A stretch of DNA of 42,809 nt from Candidatus Huberarchaeum crystalense (GTDB lineage: Archaea; Huberarchaeota; Huberarchaeia; Huberarchaeales; Huberarchaeaceae), in assembly GCA_002790315.1 (NCBI GenBank), contig PFUW01000040.1, positions 1 through 42,809 of the forward strand. The letters run 5' to 3'. A program made the translations under genes and the position numbers. A model generated the notes under the pieces. The model saw only the letters and a list, made by a program, of their open reading frames with translations, did no database searches and was not told where the DNA came from. This document shows, in pieces, positions 9,045 through 18,102 of this stretch. The number at the start of each line of letters is the position of its first letter. Positions within the stretch are counted from its first letter, which is position 1.

Positions 9045-9357
9045 AAAAAGATATTATTTTTATAGAAAATCATAGCCAAGGCAAAATGATTATATTTTTA
9101 GGTGTAGAATTTTTAAACAGCTTTATTGCTTGGATCTAAATTAGTTGGTTTTTTTTCTAAAATATTGTGTATTGTATTTGAATCTATATTAGGTGCTTTT
9201 TTTTCTAAATTTTCTAAAATATCACCTGGTTTTAAAAATTGAGAGTAAACTAAATTTATTTCTGCATCCTTGTCATCGCTTTTCTTTATTATCTTTTGAT
9301 TATTGTCTATTGCTTTGTAATCTTCCGCTTTTTTTATTTCTGTATTTAACTTTTCTT

Positions 9358-9597
9358 TTAATTAAGCCCAAACCTTTGTTTTTTCTTTTCAATCTGGGCC
9401 ACGACACTTTCCACATCTTTTTTTAAAATTGTCTTTTTTTTGGCTTGTTTTGCGATAAAAACAACAAAATCAGCAATTCCCGAACCAAAATCCTGAATTG
9501 CCAACGCAAACATCTTTGCTCCTTTTTTTGAGACTCTTTTGGCTCCTTTTTCGCGCAAAATTCGTTCTGCTTGACTTGACAAGATTATTTCAGGCAT
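9358..9597 (-). CDS. Archaeal histone (HMf-like)
   Basis: ERILREKGAKRVS...IA...AKQAKKKTILKKDV histone-fold pattern. Confidence 0.85.
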   Translation of the reverse strand: MPEIILSSQAERILREKGAKRVSKKGAKMFALAIQDFGSGIADFVVFIAKQAKKKTILKKDVESVVAQIEKKKQRFGLN

Positions 9598-10199
9598 TAG
9601 AAGAAATCCTGCGACGCAAGTGATTGTGAATTTGTGTCTTTATTTTTATTGAGTATTATTTTTTTCTGAAAATCAGATATAGCTCGTTTTGCTATGTCTA
9701 TATTCTTTATGCCTGCGCACACTATTCTCCCTGTTTTAAAAATAAGAATAGCTGCTGAATATTCTTTGTTTTTTTCTCTATAAATTATTCCAGGAAACAC
9801 TTCTGGATTGTACTCTATATTGTCCAACATGGCTGCTAATTCGAACATACGAGGAATTTTTTTGATATAAGAAGTCACTACAAGGTTCCTTATTTTTAAT
9901 TCCTTTTTTTGTTTGACTTTAAAACCCAATTTATTTAATATTTTTATCAATCTAGTTAACGCTGAATTTACTGCTCTCATTGATTTTGCTCCAGTGCATA
10001 CGATTTTGCCTGTCTTAAATATAATAAAAGTTATTTTTTTATCTATACTGTCATGAAAAAAAACACCGGGAAACTTTTCTTTGTTGTATTTAAAGCCCTT
10101 TTTCTCGAACTTGCCTAATGCGTTAACATCTATAGGATTATTTAATTGCTCTGTCACTACAATGTTTTGGACATTGATATCTTCATTTATTAACCCCAT
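9597..10199 (-). CDS. tbp: TATA-box binding protein
   Basis: Two repeats: NIVV...FPG...IFKTGKIVCTGAKS and NLVV...YNPEVFPG...IFKTGRIVCAG. Confidence 0.95.
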   Translation of the reverse strand: MGLINEDINVQNIVVTEQLNNPIDVNALGKFEKKGFKYNKEKFPGVFFHDSIDKKITFIIFKTGKIVCTGAKSMRAVNSALTRLIKILNKLGFKVKQKKELKIRNLVVTSYIKKIPRMFELAAMLDNIEYNPEVFPGIIYREKNKEYSAAILIFKTGRIVCAGIKNIDIAKRAISDFQKKIILNKNKDTNSQSLASQDFF

Positions 10200-10363
10200 A
10201 ATATATTTATAAATAATAGATGTAAATATTTTTTAGAAAATAATTACAAAACAAGGCTAAGTAATTGCTCCCAAACATTGCAATTAAAATTATTTTTTAT
10301 TTGCGCGCTATTGAAATACAATTATGTTATTTGTTTTTAAAAATGATCTAATTGTTTGGTTTG

Positions 10364-11098
10364 TTATTTTGTGTTTGCTTGCTCTGTTGTTTCTGTTTGT
10401 TGAATATTAGATTTTTCTTCAATAACTACTTCTTGTTTCTGCTTTTCTTTTGCTCTTATTTCTCCAGGCATAACTACCCCAGGAGGAATTAGTTTGACTG
10501 TTATTCCTACTGTGCCCATTTTAGTTTGAGCGTCTACTTTTACTGTTTTTACTCCAAGTTTTCTCAAATTACCAGTATATATTCTTACACCTTTGTAATA
10601 TTTTCTTCTTCCTGCCAATGCGCTTCCGCCAATCTTTCCAGCTAATATAATCTCAATTCCGCGCGCACCTGCACTCATTGCATCTTTCATCAAATTATTC
10701 ATCAAATTTCTGAAATTTTTTCTTTCTTCAATAGAACGTCTAAGAATATTTGCGATCGAAACAGATGATAGGGCGCGAGTTTCAACTGGCTGAATATCTA
10801 CAACTATATTTTGAACATTAAACTTTTTTGTAATGTTTGCTGTTATTGTTTTTAATGTTTCTCCACCACCACCAATGAGCAATCCTGGGTTAGGTGTTAG
10901 GATTGTAATTTTTGTTTTTGTAGGAATTTGTTGAATAGTTATATTATCTATAAGAGATGTTTTTAATTGCTTTTGAATGTATTTATTGATCAGTACAATT
11001 TGTTTTGATGTTTCTAAAAACTCTTTTTTGCTTGACATATTATTTTTTTGATCCTTTAGCAGAAGTTGCAGATGTGCTAACTTTTGGCGAGTTATCAT
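10364..11098 (-). CDS. rps3: 30S ribosomal protein S3 (uS3); true start may be ATG 11038
   Basis: KH domain PGLLIGGGG; AMSAGARGIEIILAGKI; TKMGTVGITVKL. Confidence 0.92.
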   Translation of the reverse strand: MITRQKLAHLQLLLKDQKNNMSSKKEFLETSKQIVLINKYIQKQLKTSLIDNITIQQIPTKTKITILTPNPGLLIGGGGETLKTITANITKKFNVQNIVVDIQPVETRALSSVSIANILRRSIEERKNFRNLMNNLMKDAMSAGARGIEIILAGKIGGSALAGRRKYYKGVRIYTGNLRKLGVKTVKVDAQTKMGTVGITVKLIPPGVVMPGEIRAKEKQKQEVVIEEKSNIQQTETTEQANTK

Positions 11099-11110
11099 CT
11101 TTAAAATCTG

Positions 11111-11725
11111 TTATATTTGCAGATGTGCTAACTTTTGGCGAGTTATCATCTTTAAAATCTNNNNNNTTTTTTGCTTGATGTTGCTACCCTTTGTTTTTAG
11201 TTTAGGAATTTGTTTTTTATTAATTAGTCTTGCTTTTTTCACATTGTCTTTTGCTTCTATACTTCCAGCAATAATTTCAATATATTGTTGTCGTGTTCTT
11301 ATTTTTGGGTTTCCATTTCTTTTTCCGTGCTGTGCTTTGAAATAGCCACTCCATTTGGTTCGATTTCCAGGATTAGCAACAAAGTGAATAATTCTAAATG
11401 CGTCAGTGTCTAACATTTTTGCGTCTGCGTTTGCGCGCAGTTGCTTAAGATATTTAATAATTGCGTCGCTTGTTTTTTTTGGATAACGGCCACTCGCAAC
11501 ACCTGCGCCTTTTTTATGTGCTACTTTTCGCACTTTGGTTAGTGGAAGAGGTTTTTTTTGAGCAGCAACATTTTGCAGATATTTAATCGCTTCTTTTATA
11601 GTCTTTCCTTTGATTTTTATTCCAATAGCACGCGCATATTTTGGAGAAATGTTAGCATTAAGTATTTGTACGCGCGCATATTGCTTCATTTCAAGTGCTC
11701 CTTGATAAGATGATTTTAGTACCAT
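11111..11725 (-). CDS. rpl22: 50S ribosomal protein L22 (uL22); 3' end unreliable at the N gap
   Basis: ISPK, IKGK.I.EA.KYL, VAHKKG, GRYPKK, ANA..K.LD. Confidence 0.88.
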   Translation of the reverse strand: MVLKSSYQGALEMKQYARVQILNANISPKYARAIGIKIKGKTIKEAIKYLQNVAAQKKPLPLTKVRKVAHKKGAGVASGRYPKKTSDAIIKYLKQLRANADAKMLDTDAFRIIHFVANPGNRTKWSGYFKAQHGKRNGNPKIRTRQQYIEIIAGSIEAKDNVKKARLINKKQIPKLKTKGSNIKQKXXXILKMITRQKLAHLQI

Positions 11726-11830
11726 ATATTTTTTAGCAAGCTTAAAATGTAAAATAATGTATTTGCTTGATTAGTTATAGGTTAGCAAGAAAATTCTCAA
11801 TATAAATTAATACCTTTGCGAAGCAAAATC

Positions 11831-11922
11831 ATTTAAATTAAATATAACTTATTATACTTATTTTGTTAAAAAAAACAAAATTATTTAAATTAAATATAAC
11901 ATATTATACTTATTTTGTTAAA
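11831..11922. repeat. 40-bp direct repeat (period 52) including the trmB stop codon
   Basis: atttaaattaaatataac(t/a)tattatacttattttgttaaa at 11831 and 11883. Confidence 0.8.
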
Positions 11923-12731
11923 GGGATTGCTTCTTTGGACAAAAGTCCGAAAATCTCACCAAGAAACGCAGCAATTATAGGCGATTCAATAAAAATGCAA
12001 GCCTCTTCATTTTCCTTTGTTGCAGGATTATCATTCAAATACAACAATATTTTAGTTTTATCAAAAATCCAAAAACGAACTAGTTGCTTAGGATAAACTT
12101 TAACTTCGCATTCTTTCAAATTAGGATTAAGTGCGCAGGGGTTTGTGTAGGTTAAAAATTTTACAGATATCTCTTTAGATATAGCAGAAGATAACAAAGC
12201 AGATATATCATTTTTAGCAGACATTATATCTATAGCACTATTATAGGAAACCAAAATTTCCTTTTTTGTTCCTGTAATTGCTGTTTTTAAAAATGAAAGT
12301 ATATTACTTCTTCCAAAAATTTCATAGCTAGTTAAATTTTGCTTTGTAGTGCGTTGTTCAAATAATTGTTTTAATTTACTAATAAGTCCCCCGCTTTTTT
12401 CTTGATTTTTTATAGTTTGAACTTTAGAATTGTGTATTGCATCCATTTTTTCAATAACAGGAGCTATCATTGTTTCTGGATCTTTTGCAATATATTTAAC
12501 AGGGCGACCTTTTTTCTTTAAAATAAATCCGCGCATAAATAGTCCTTCAAGAGTATCATATGTTCTTGCTTTGGGAATTTTTGTATACACTGATATTTCA
12601 GCAGGAGTAAGTGTGCCGTGCTGAAGTAAAACATTAAGCGCCTTTGCTTCATATGTGTTCAAAAAAAAGGTTGAGCGTAATTGTCTCACTAGTTCTACAT
12701 CAATATCTGCAAAATCTATTGCCTTTGCCAT
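11910..12731 (-). CDS. TrmB-family transcriptional regulator
   Basis: LNTYEAK, EIS..TKIPKARTYDTL..L..RGF, GRPVKY.A.DP; C-terminal WIFDK domain. Confidence 0.88.
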   Translation of the reverse strand: MAKAIDFADIDVELVRQLRSTFFLNTYEAKALNVLLQHGTLTPAEISVYTKIPKARTYDTLEGLFMRGFILKKKGRPVKYIAKDPETMIAPVIEKMDAIHNSKVQTIKNQEKSGGLISKLKQLFEQRTTKQNLTSYEIFGRSNILSFLKTAITGTKKEILVSYNSAIDIMSAKNDISALLSSAISKEISVKFLTYTNPCALNPNLKECEVKVYPKQLVRFWIFDKTKILLYLNDNPATKENEEACIFIESPIIAAFLGEIFGLLSKEAIPLTK

Positions 12732-12872
12732 AATATGTTTATATGGGGTATTTAAAAACCCCTATTATTTTGAGTTTTGTATAAAAATGTGCTTTCACTA
12801 CTAACGAAAAATCAAAGTAAGAAACCAACAACACATATAAAAACAAGCAAAATTTCCATAAAATATCTTAAA
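12727..12872 (-). repeat. About 145-bp block (aglH 3' end plus trmB upstream region), copy 1
   Basis: Nearly identical to 33929-34075 with a few substitutions. Confidence 0.9.
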
Positions 12873-13769
12873 AAGTGATGCTAAAGAAAGATGACAGACA
12901 GAATAAATGTTTCCTTTTGGCAAACTAAGTGTATTGTCTTTATTAGGAGTACAAAAGTTTTCTGTTTTAAATTTGTATTTTGCTTTCAAAAAAAGTTCAA
13001 TAAAGAAAGGAATAAATAAAATGATTGCAATTTTTTCCATATTTCCCATTATAGCAACGATTCCGATTAGTGCTCCAACAGAATATGTAAGTGTGTCACC
13101 AGGAAAGACCTTTGCAGGATACCAATTAAACACAAGAAAAGCCAAGAGCGCAGACGCCATACAAAAAGAGAGTAAAGCCAACCACCCAAGCCCCGAAATC
13201 CAAGCAACATACCCCATAAAGCTTAAAATTATAACTCCTAGCCCTGCTTCAAGTCCGTTGTGACCTGCTAACATATTATAACCATTTGATGTTCCAACAA
13301 TAGCAAGAGGAATCAAAAGCAAAGGATAAAGCAACCCAAAATCAACATTACCTAAAAAAGGAAGATTCATTGTCGAAGTTCCAACATTAACCATCATAAG
13401 AGGAATAGCTGCAGGAATTGTAAGGAGTGGTTTTTGCCATTGCTTTAACCCTTTTTTCCAACCCAAAATATCATCAAGCAGCCCTATTATAGTAATTATA
13501 AGAATTGTTACAAGTATTGCTAAAATATTAGTTAATTGAGTTGTGTCTTTAAAAATAAATGTTTGAATTCCAATATAAATTAAAGCAGCAAATACAAAAC
13601 CAGCAACCACAGCAATTCCTCCTGCTTCTGCAACACTTTTATTTGAAATCTTATTCATATCCTTTCCTGTCAAATGCTGTTTCTTTGCCATTTTTATCCA
13701 TACTGGAGTTAAAAAAAATGTTGATAAAAACGCAAGAACAATTGTTAAAGCTACAAGAAAGTCAACCAT
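12801..13769 (-). CDS. aglH: UDP-GlcNAc--dolichyl-phosphate GlcNAc-1-phosphotransferase (GPT/MraY family); C-terminus apparently frameshifted
   Basis: GKDMNK, VAEAGG, GLLDD, NMLAGHNGLE, FNWYPAKVFPGDT. Confidence 0.88.
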   Translation of the reverse strand: MVDFLVALTIVLAFLSTFFLTPVWIKMAKKQHLTGKDMNKISNKSVAEAGGIAVVAGFVFAALIYIGIQTFIFKDTTQLTNILAILVTILIITIIGLLDDILGWKKGLKQWQKPLLTIPAAIPLMMVNVGTSTMNLPFLGNVDFGLLYPLLLIPLAIVGTSNGYNMLAGHNGLEAGLGVIILSFMGYVAWISGLGWLALLSFCMASALLAFLVFNWYPAKVFPGDTLTYSVGALIGIVAIMGNMEKIAIILFIPFFIELFLKAKYKFKTENFCTPNKDNTLSLPKGNIYSVCHLSLASLFKIFYGNFACFYMCCWFLTLIFR

Positions 13770-13876
13770 ATTTTATTTAATAAGAGGGGGTATTAACAAA
13801 CGCTGGCTTTAAACACCTAATAGCGCGCGCAACCCACATAAAAACAAACAAATATTAATATTTAAACCAAACAACT

Positions 13877-14482
13877 TTACTTTTTCTCATATTTCTTTTC
13901 ATTTTTCTCAAATTTTTCCGTTTTTTCTGCTTTGTTCTTCTTTGCAAACTCTTTATCTATATTTATCCATTCAAGTTTGCCTAAAAAGGGCTGTCTCATT
14001 GTTATTCCAATCTTCATTTGGCCGCTTTGCGAAGAAATGCTAACAATGCGCGCTCTAACAATATCACCTACTTTTAAAATCTTTTTGCTTTCCTGGCTAA
14101 TAAATGCCTTGTTTTTTTCATCAAAAGCAAATCTCTCATCACTAATTTGCGAAATGTGAAGTAGTGCTTCAACAAAACCAATCCTAACAAAAGCGCCAAA
14201 CACAGCGCAATCAACAACTTCCCCGCTCACAACTTCATTTAACCAGGGTTTAAAAATTAACGCATTATATGTTGTATGATAGTAAATATTAGCATCGCGC
14301 GCATTTATCTTGCCATTTCCAACAGAAATTGTCTTAATAAAACTACACAAAACAGCGCCTTTGTCTGAGAAGAATGTTCCTTCTTTTTTGTTAATTGTGT
14401 TTTCTATTGATTTATGAATATCATAGCTAAATTCTTCAGGTGATACTGCGACGTTCTCTCCAATGACTGCATTTGCAAACAT
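13877..14482 (-). CDS. rpoE1: RNA polymerase subunit E' (Rpo7)
   Basis: EVVSGEVV, FGAFVRIG..EALLHISQI, VGDIVRARI, TMRQPFLGKLEW. Confidence 0.95.
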   Translation of the reverse strand: MFANAVIGENVAVSPEEFSYDIHKSIENTINKKEGTFFSDKGAVLCSFIKTISVGNGKINARDANIYYHTTYNALIFKPWLNEVVSGEVVDCAVFGAFVRIGFVEALLHISQISDERFAFDEKNKAFISQESKKILKVGDIVRARIVSISSQSGQMKIGITMRQPFLGKLEWINIDKEFAKKNKAEKTEKFEKNEKKYEKK

Positions 14483-14512
14483 ATATTATTTTGAAAACAA
14501 AATATGTGAAAA

Positions 14513-14661
14513 TTTTGTCAAACATTTATATTAATATAGCATAGCAAAAACATATGAAAAATATTCAACTACCTTGCTGTAAAACGATTTTTTGTCAAAC
14601 ATTTATATTAATATAGCATAGCAAAAACATATGAAAAATATTCAACTACCTTGCTGTAAAA
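14513..14661. repeat. About 72-bp direct repeat, period 77
   Basis: ttttgtcaaacatttatatt...cttgctgtaaaa twice in the divergent intergenic region. Confidence 0.85.
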
Positions 14662-14714
14662 TGATTATGCAAAATCTAAATTAATATTTATAAACATTCT
14701 ATTTTATAAAACTT

Positions 14715-15176
14715 ATGGTAGTAGGAGATATATTTTATAAAACTTTTTTTGAGCCACAAAAAGTGCAAGAAAAAAAACAGATAGCTGTAATTGTTGATGG
14801 GCCAAATATGCTTCAGCAAGGTGGTGTTGATTTAAAGCAAATAATAGATACTGCAAAAACATATGGTACAATTAGATTAGCTAAAGCTATGCTTAACCAG
14901 TTTAGTTCTGAAAAATTGATTGAAGCAGTAAGTAACAATGGATTTGAGCTTGTGTTAAGCGTTGGAGATGTTGATGTTGCTTTAACAGTTGATTTTATGG
15001 AAATTTTATTTAATCCAGAAATTACTCACATTATTTTAGTGACGCGCGATGCTGATTTTGTTCCTGTAATTATGCGCGCAAAGTCATATAAAAAAAGAAT
15101 AATTCTATTTACAAAAAAAAATGTTGTTGTTGGGCGCGCGCTTTTGAATGCAGTAGATGAAGTTGTTTATTTGTGA
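14715..15176 (+). CDS. NYN-domain (PIN-like) protein
   Basis: IVDGPNM, GDVDVAL, LVTRDADFVP. Confidence 0.85.
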   Translation: MVVGDIFYKTFFEPQKVQEKKQIAVIVDGPNMLQQGGVDLKQIIDTAKTYGTIRLAKAMLNQFSSEKLIEAVSNNGFELVLSVGDVDVALTVDFMEILFNPEITHIILVTRDADFVPVIMRAKSYKKRIILFTKKNVVVGRALLNAVDEVVYL

Positions 15177-15333
15177 TTGATTTTTGAATAAATAAGTTAN
15201 NNNNNNNNNNAATAAATAAGTTAAATATAGAAGTTAAATATAGAAGTAGTTGTTTATTTGTGATTGATGATTAATTTTGAAAGATTAACTTAAATTTAAA
15301 GATGGTTGTTTATAATGTTGCTTTGGCAAATCA

Positions 15334-15407
15334 TGGGCTCGACGGGATTTGAACCCGCGACAAACGGATTAAGAGTCCGCTGCTCTACCAGGCTGAGCTA
15401 CGAGCCC
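15334..15407 (-). tRNA. tRNA-Lys(CTT)
   Basis: GGGCTCG acceptor stem, anticodon arm GCGGA-CTCTTAA-TCCGT, GTTCAAATC; no encoded CCA. Confidence 0.96.
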
Positions 15408-15465
15408 ATAAAATATTTAAATTTAACTATAAGCTGAATAATATATAAATATTTGAAATTAAAAG

Positions 15466-15537
15466 TGGGCCAGGAAGGAGTCGAACCTTCCACCTTCTCG
15501 GTGTAAACGAGACGCTATGCCGCTAAGCCACTAGCCC
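15466..15537 (-). tRNA. tRNA-Val(TAC)
   Basis: GGGCTAG acceptor stem, anticodon arm TCTCG-TTTACAC-CGAGA, GTTCGACTC. Confidence 0.96.
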
Positions 15538-15581
15538 ATAAAGTTTTTGCTATTTTATCAACATTATCAAAGCAAAGATTT

Positions 15582-17897
15582 TTACACTCCTTTTTTAAAG
15601 TCCTCATCTTTATAACCAAAAACACTCATAATTCTAAGTGTTACTGGAAGAATTTGGTTGTTTATATAATATTCTGAATCAAAATCATTGGTTGTTTTGT
15701 GGGGGCGCGCCCTTTCGCTTATTGTGCCTTTTCCAGGAACAATAATATATTCAATAATATCACCTGGTTTTGCTCCTATAATTTTTGCAACAGAAATGTG
15801 CGCAGCTCGTATATTATAAGATTTTGGATCGCGCGTTAATTTTTTATAAATTATCAATTCATCAAGAGGAATTTCTTTATTTTTCAGTTTTTTAACTATA
15901 TTTTTAACATACAACAAGGCATTTTCAATGTTTTCATTCAAACACATATTAATAACAGTTTCTTGTGTTTTTTTAGCCAAACTACACCAATCTCCGCGCA
16001 CAAATTCAAAGCCTTTTATTATGATTTTTCCTTCAGAAGTTATAGCGGCATATCGTTTTTTGGTTCCTTGTTCAGATGTTCCTGCAAATAAAATCTTTGT
16101 ATAAACACTTTCTTGTTTTAAATGCATAATGCCTGGCAGGTTTTTGTTAATTTTTTGTGTAAAATCATAGATTTTTTCTTTGTTTCCTAAAACCATCAAA
16201 CTATCAGTATCTCCATAAATCACTTTAAATCCTGTGTTTTCGTATTGCGAAATTGTTTGTTTAAGATAATATCTTCCCCACGCACTTGCAGTTTCAGCAC
16301 AAGGAAGGCAATACCATCGAGCTGCAATAAAACCCAAATAACCATAAGTAGCATTTGTTAAGAATTTTAACGCAATTTGCTCTGAATTCAAATTCTCATC
16401 AAACTTTTCTTTTAATATTTTTTTAAGTTCTATGCGTTTTTTTATCAATATATCAATAACAAAAGGAATAAAACCGCGCGGTTCTTTTAAAAAGAAATAT
16501 TTTAAATCAGGATATTCAAAACAATTTTGTTGTGCGTTTGTTTTTGTAAATGGATCTATGTTGTATGTTGAAATTATAGATGGGTAAAGTGAGCGAAAAT
16601 CAAGTATAACAACATCTTTATAAAGCCCTGGCTTTGGTTCAAGAACAAAACCTCCTTTAAAAGTATGCAAATATCTTTCTTCAAGATATTCTTTTTTTGC
16701 GCGCGTAGGAATAAGATATGAAGTTTCAAGAGCGCGCCTAATTAAGTGTTCTTCTACCAAGCGACTAAATCCCTGCCTGCTGCTTTGATCAATTGGTTGA
16801 AGTGTTAATCTTGATAAATTATATTCAACAGACAAAAATTTTTTGGCTAAATAATAAGTTAATTTAGCATCTTGTTTATTATAATTAACATACTCTTCAA
16901 TATTTCCACAATCCCAGATCTTTTTTGACAAACTCATATTAAACTCTTTTTTTTCTTTTTTTAAAATTTCGCGACCCAAATCACCAAGCGAATAAGATGA
17001 TAGGCGTAGATAAGGGTTGTGCTTTGTTACAACATCATATAAATCAACATGAAGCGCCTCATCAAAACTTGAAGATTTTCTCCATCCGCGACTAAAAATA
17101 TTTATAGTTTTTGCTTCAGAAAGACCAAAAACATCTGCTCTATCTTTTATTGAAGGAAGATCAAATTCATTTCCATTATATGTAACAAAAATGTCAAACA
17201 AGCCAGAATTTATAATTTCAAAGAATCCTATGAGCATTTCTTTTTCATCTTTATAAATTTTAACATTTTTTATATTTGTAGGTTTCCATGTTAGGGTTTG
17301 TGAAAATTGCGCGCTTTCATTTTCACTATAAAAACTGATCATAGTTATTGGATTATTTTTTGTATCACCTTTTGCTCCGAGCTCAGAATCATAGCACTCA
17401 ATATCAAATGCGCAAACTTTTGGTTGGTATTGTTCAAAAAAATTCAGTTTTTTGTCAACAAGATATTTTGAAACATTTCGAATATCGTGGTTTCTGTTGT
17501 GAAATTTAGGAAACATTAGTTTTATCTTTTCTTTTATTTTTAAGATATCTTTTTCTTGCTTACAAAAGATTTTAACACACTTTGTTTGTCTATTTTCAAA
17601 AGTCATAACTTCAATTTCAACAGAAACCAGACCTCTTATTTCATTATCAACTTCTACTCTAATTTTTCTAATTTTCTCAAGGGTATTTTTTAATTTTTCA
17701 GTGCTATATTCAGCATCAGGAACTGTATAAAAATAAGGTAAAAAATCTTTGTCAATTGTTTTAAAAATTTTATTTTTCTGTCGCCAAAAAAGTTCAAAAC
17801 CATAAGACCCCTCACTGAATTTTTTGTATTTTATGTTCAACAATATTTTACTTGCAATATCTGGATTTTTAGATGTTTGCTCAAATAAGAAAGACAT
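15582..17897 (-). CDS. polB: Family B DNA polymerase
   Basis: Exonuclease motifs FDIE, YNGNEFD, YNKQD; polymerase motifs DFRSLYPSII, K...NATYGY, YGDTDS, KKRY. No intein. Confidence 0.96.
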   Translation of the reverse strand: MSFLFEQTSKNPDIASKILLNIKYKKFSEGSYGFELFWRQKNKIFKTIDKDFLPYFYTVPDAEYSTEKLKNTLEKIRKIRVEVDNEIRGLVSVEIEVMTFENRQTKCVKIFCKQEKDILKIKEKIKLMFPKFHNRNHDIRNVSKYLVDKKLNFFEQYQPKVCAFDIECYDSELGAKGDTKNNPITMISFYSENESAQFSQTLTWKPTNIKNVKIYKDEKEMLIGFFEIINSGLFDIFVTYNGNEFDLPSIKDRADVFGLSEAKTINIFSRGWRKSSSFDEALHVDLYDVVTKHNPYLRLSSYSLGDLGREILKKEKKEFNMSLSKKIWDCGNIEEYVNYNKQDAKLTYYLAKKFLSVEYNLSRLTLQPIDQSSRQGFSRLVEEHLIRRALETSYLIPTRAKKEYLEERYLHTFKGGFVLEPKPGLYKDVVILDFRSLYPSIISTYNIDPFTKTNAQQNCFEYPDLKYFFLKEPRGFIPFVIDILIKKRIELKKILKEKFDENLNSEQIALKFLTNATYGYLGFIAARWYCLPCAETASAWGRYYLKQTISQYENTGFKVIYGDTDSLMVLGNKEKIYDFTQKINKNLPGIMHLKQESVYTKILFAGTSEQGTKKRYAAITSEGKIIIKGFEFVRGDWCSLAKKTQETVINMCLNENIENALLYVKNIVKKLKNKEIPLDELIIYKKLTRDPKSYNIRAAHISVAKIIGAKPGDIIEYIIVPGKGTISERARPHKTTNDFDSEYYINNQILPVTLRIMSVFGYKDEDFKKGV

Positions 17898-18005
17898 ATT
17901 GTATTTAAAACAAAATTGCTGTTATTTTAAACAAAAATATTGTATTTAAAACAAAATAGTAGCTATCCTTAACAAAAGCAGATTATTAACAATATTTGTT
18001 TAAAC

Positions 18006-18093
18006 ACAATAATAAATTAGATAAAATACAATAATAAATTAGATAAAATACAATAATAAATTAGATAAAATACAATAATAAATTAGATAAAAT
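18006..18093. repeat. 22-bp tandem repeat, about 4 copies
   Basis: acaataataaattagataaaat repeated just upstream of ATG 18103. Confidence 0.9.
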
Positions 18094-18102
18094 AAATATA
18101 TT

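Noticed and set aside
11066-11166. uL22 tail identical to the uS3 N-terminus (44-bp duplication)
   Set aside because: Directly abuts an N gap; probably a scaffolding echo, so not treated as a fusion.
7047-13822. Absence of GCGCGC as proof of foreign origin
   Set aside because: Core genes (histone, tbp, trmB, aglH) also lie in 2-3 kb site-free stretches, so absence alone is only suggestive.
18006-18093. Replication iterons or CRISPR repeats (also 34961-35058)
   Set aside because: Head-to-tail minisatellites without spacers; no rep, cdc6 or cas gene adjacent.
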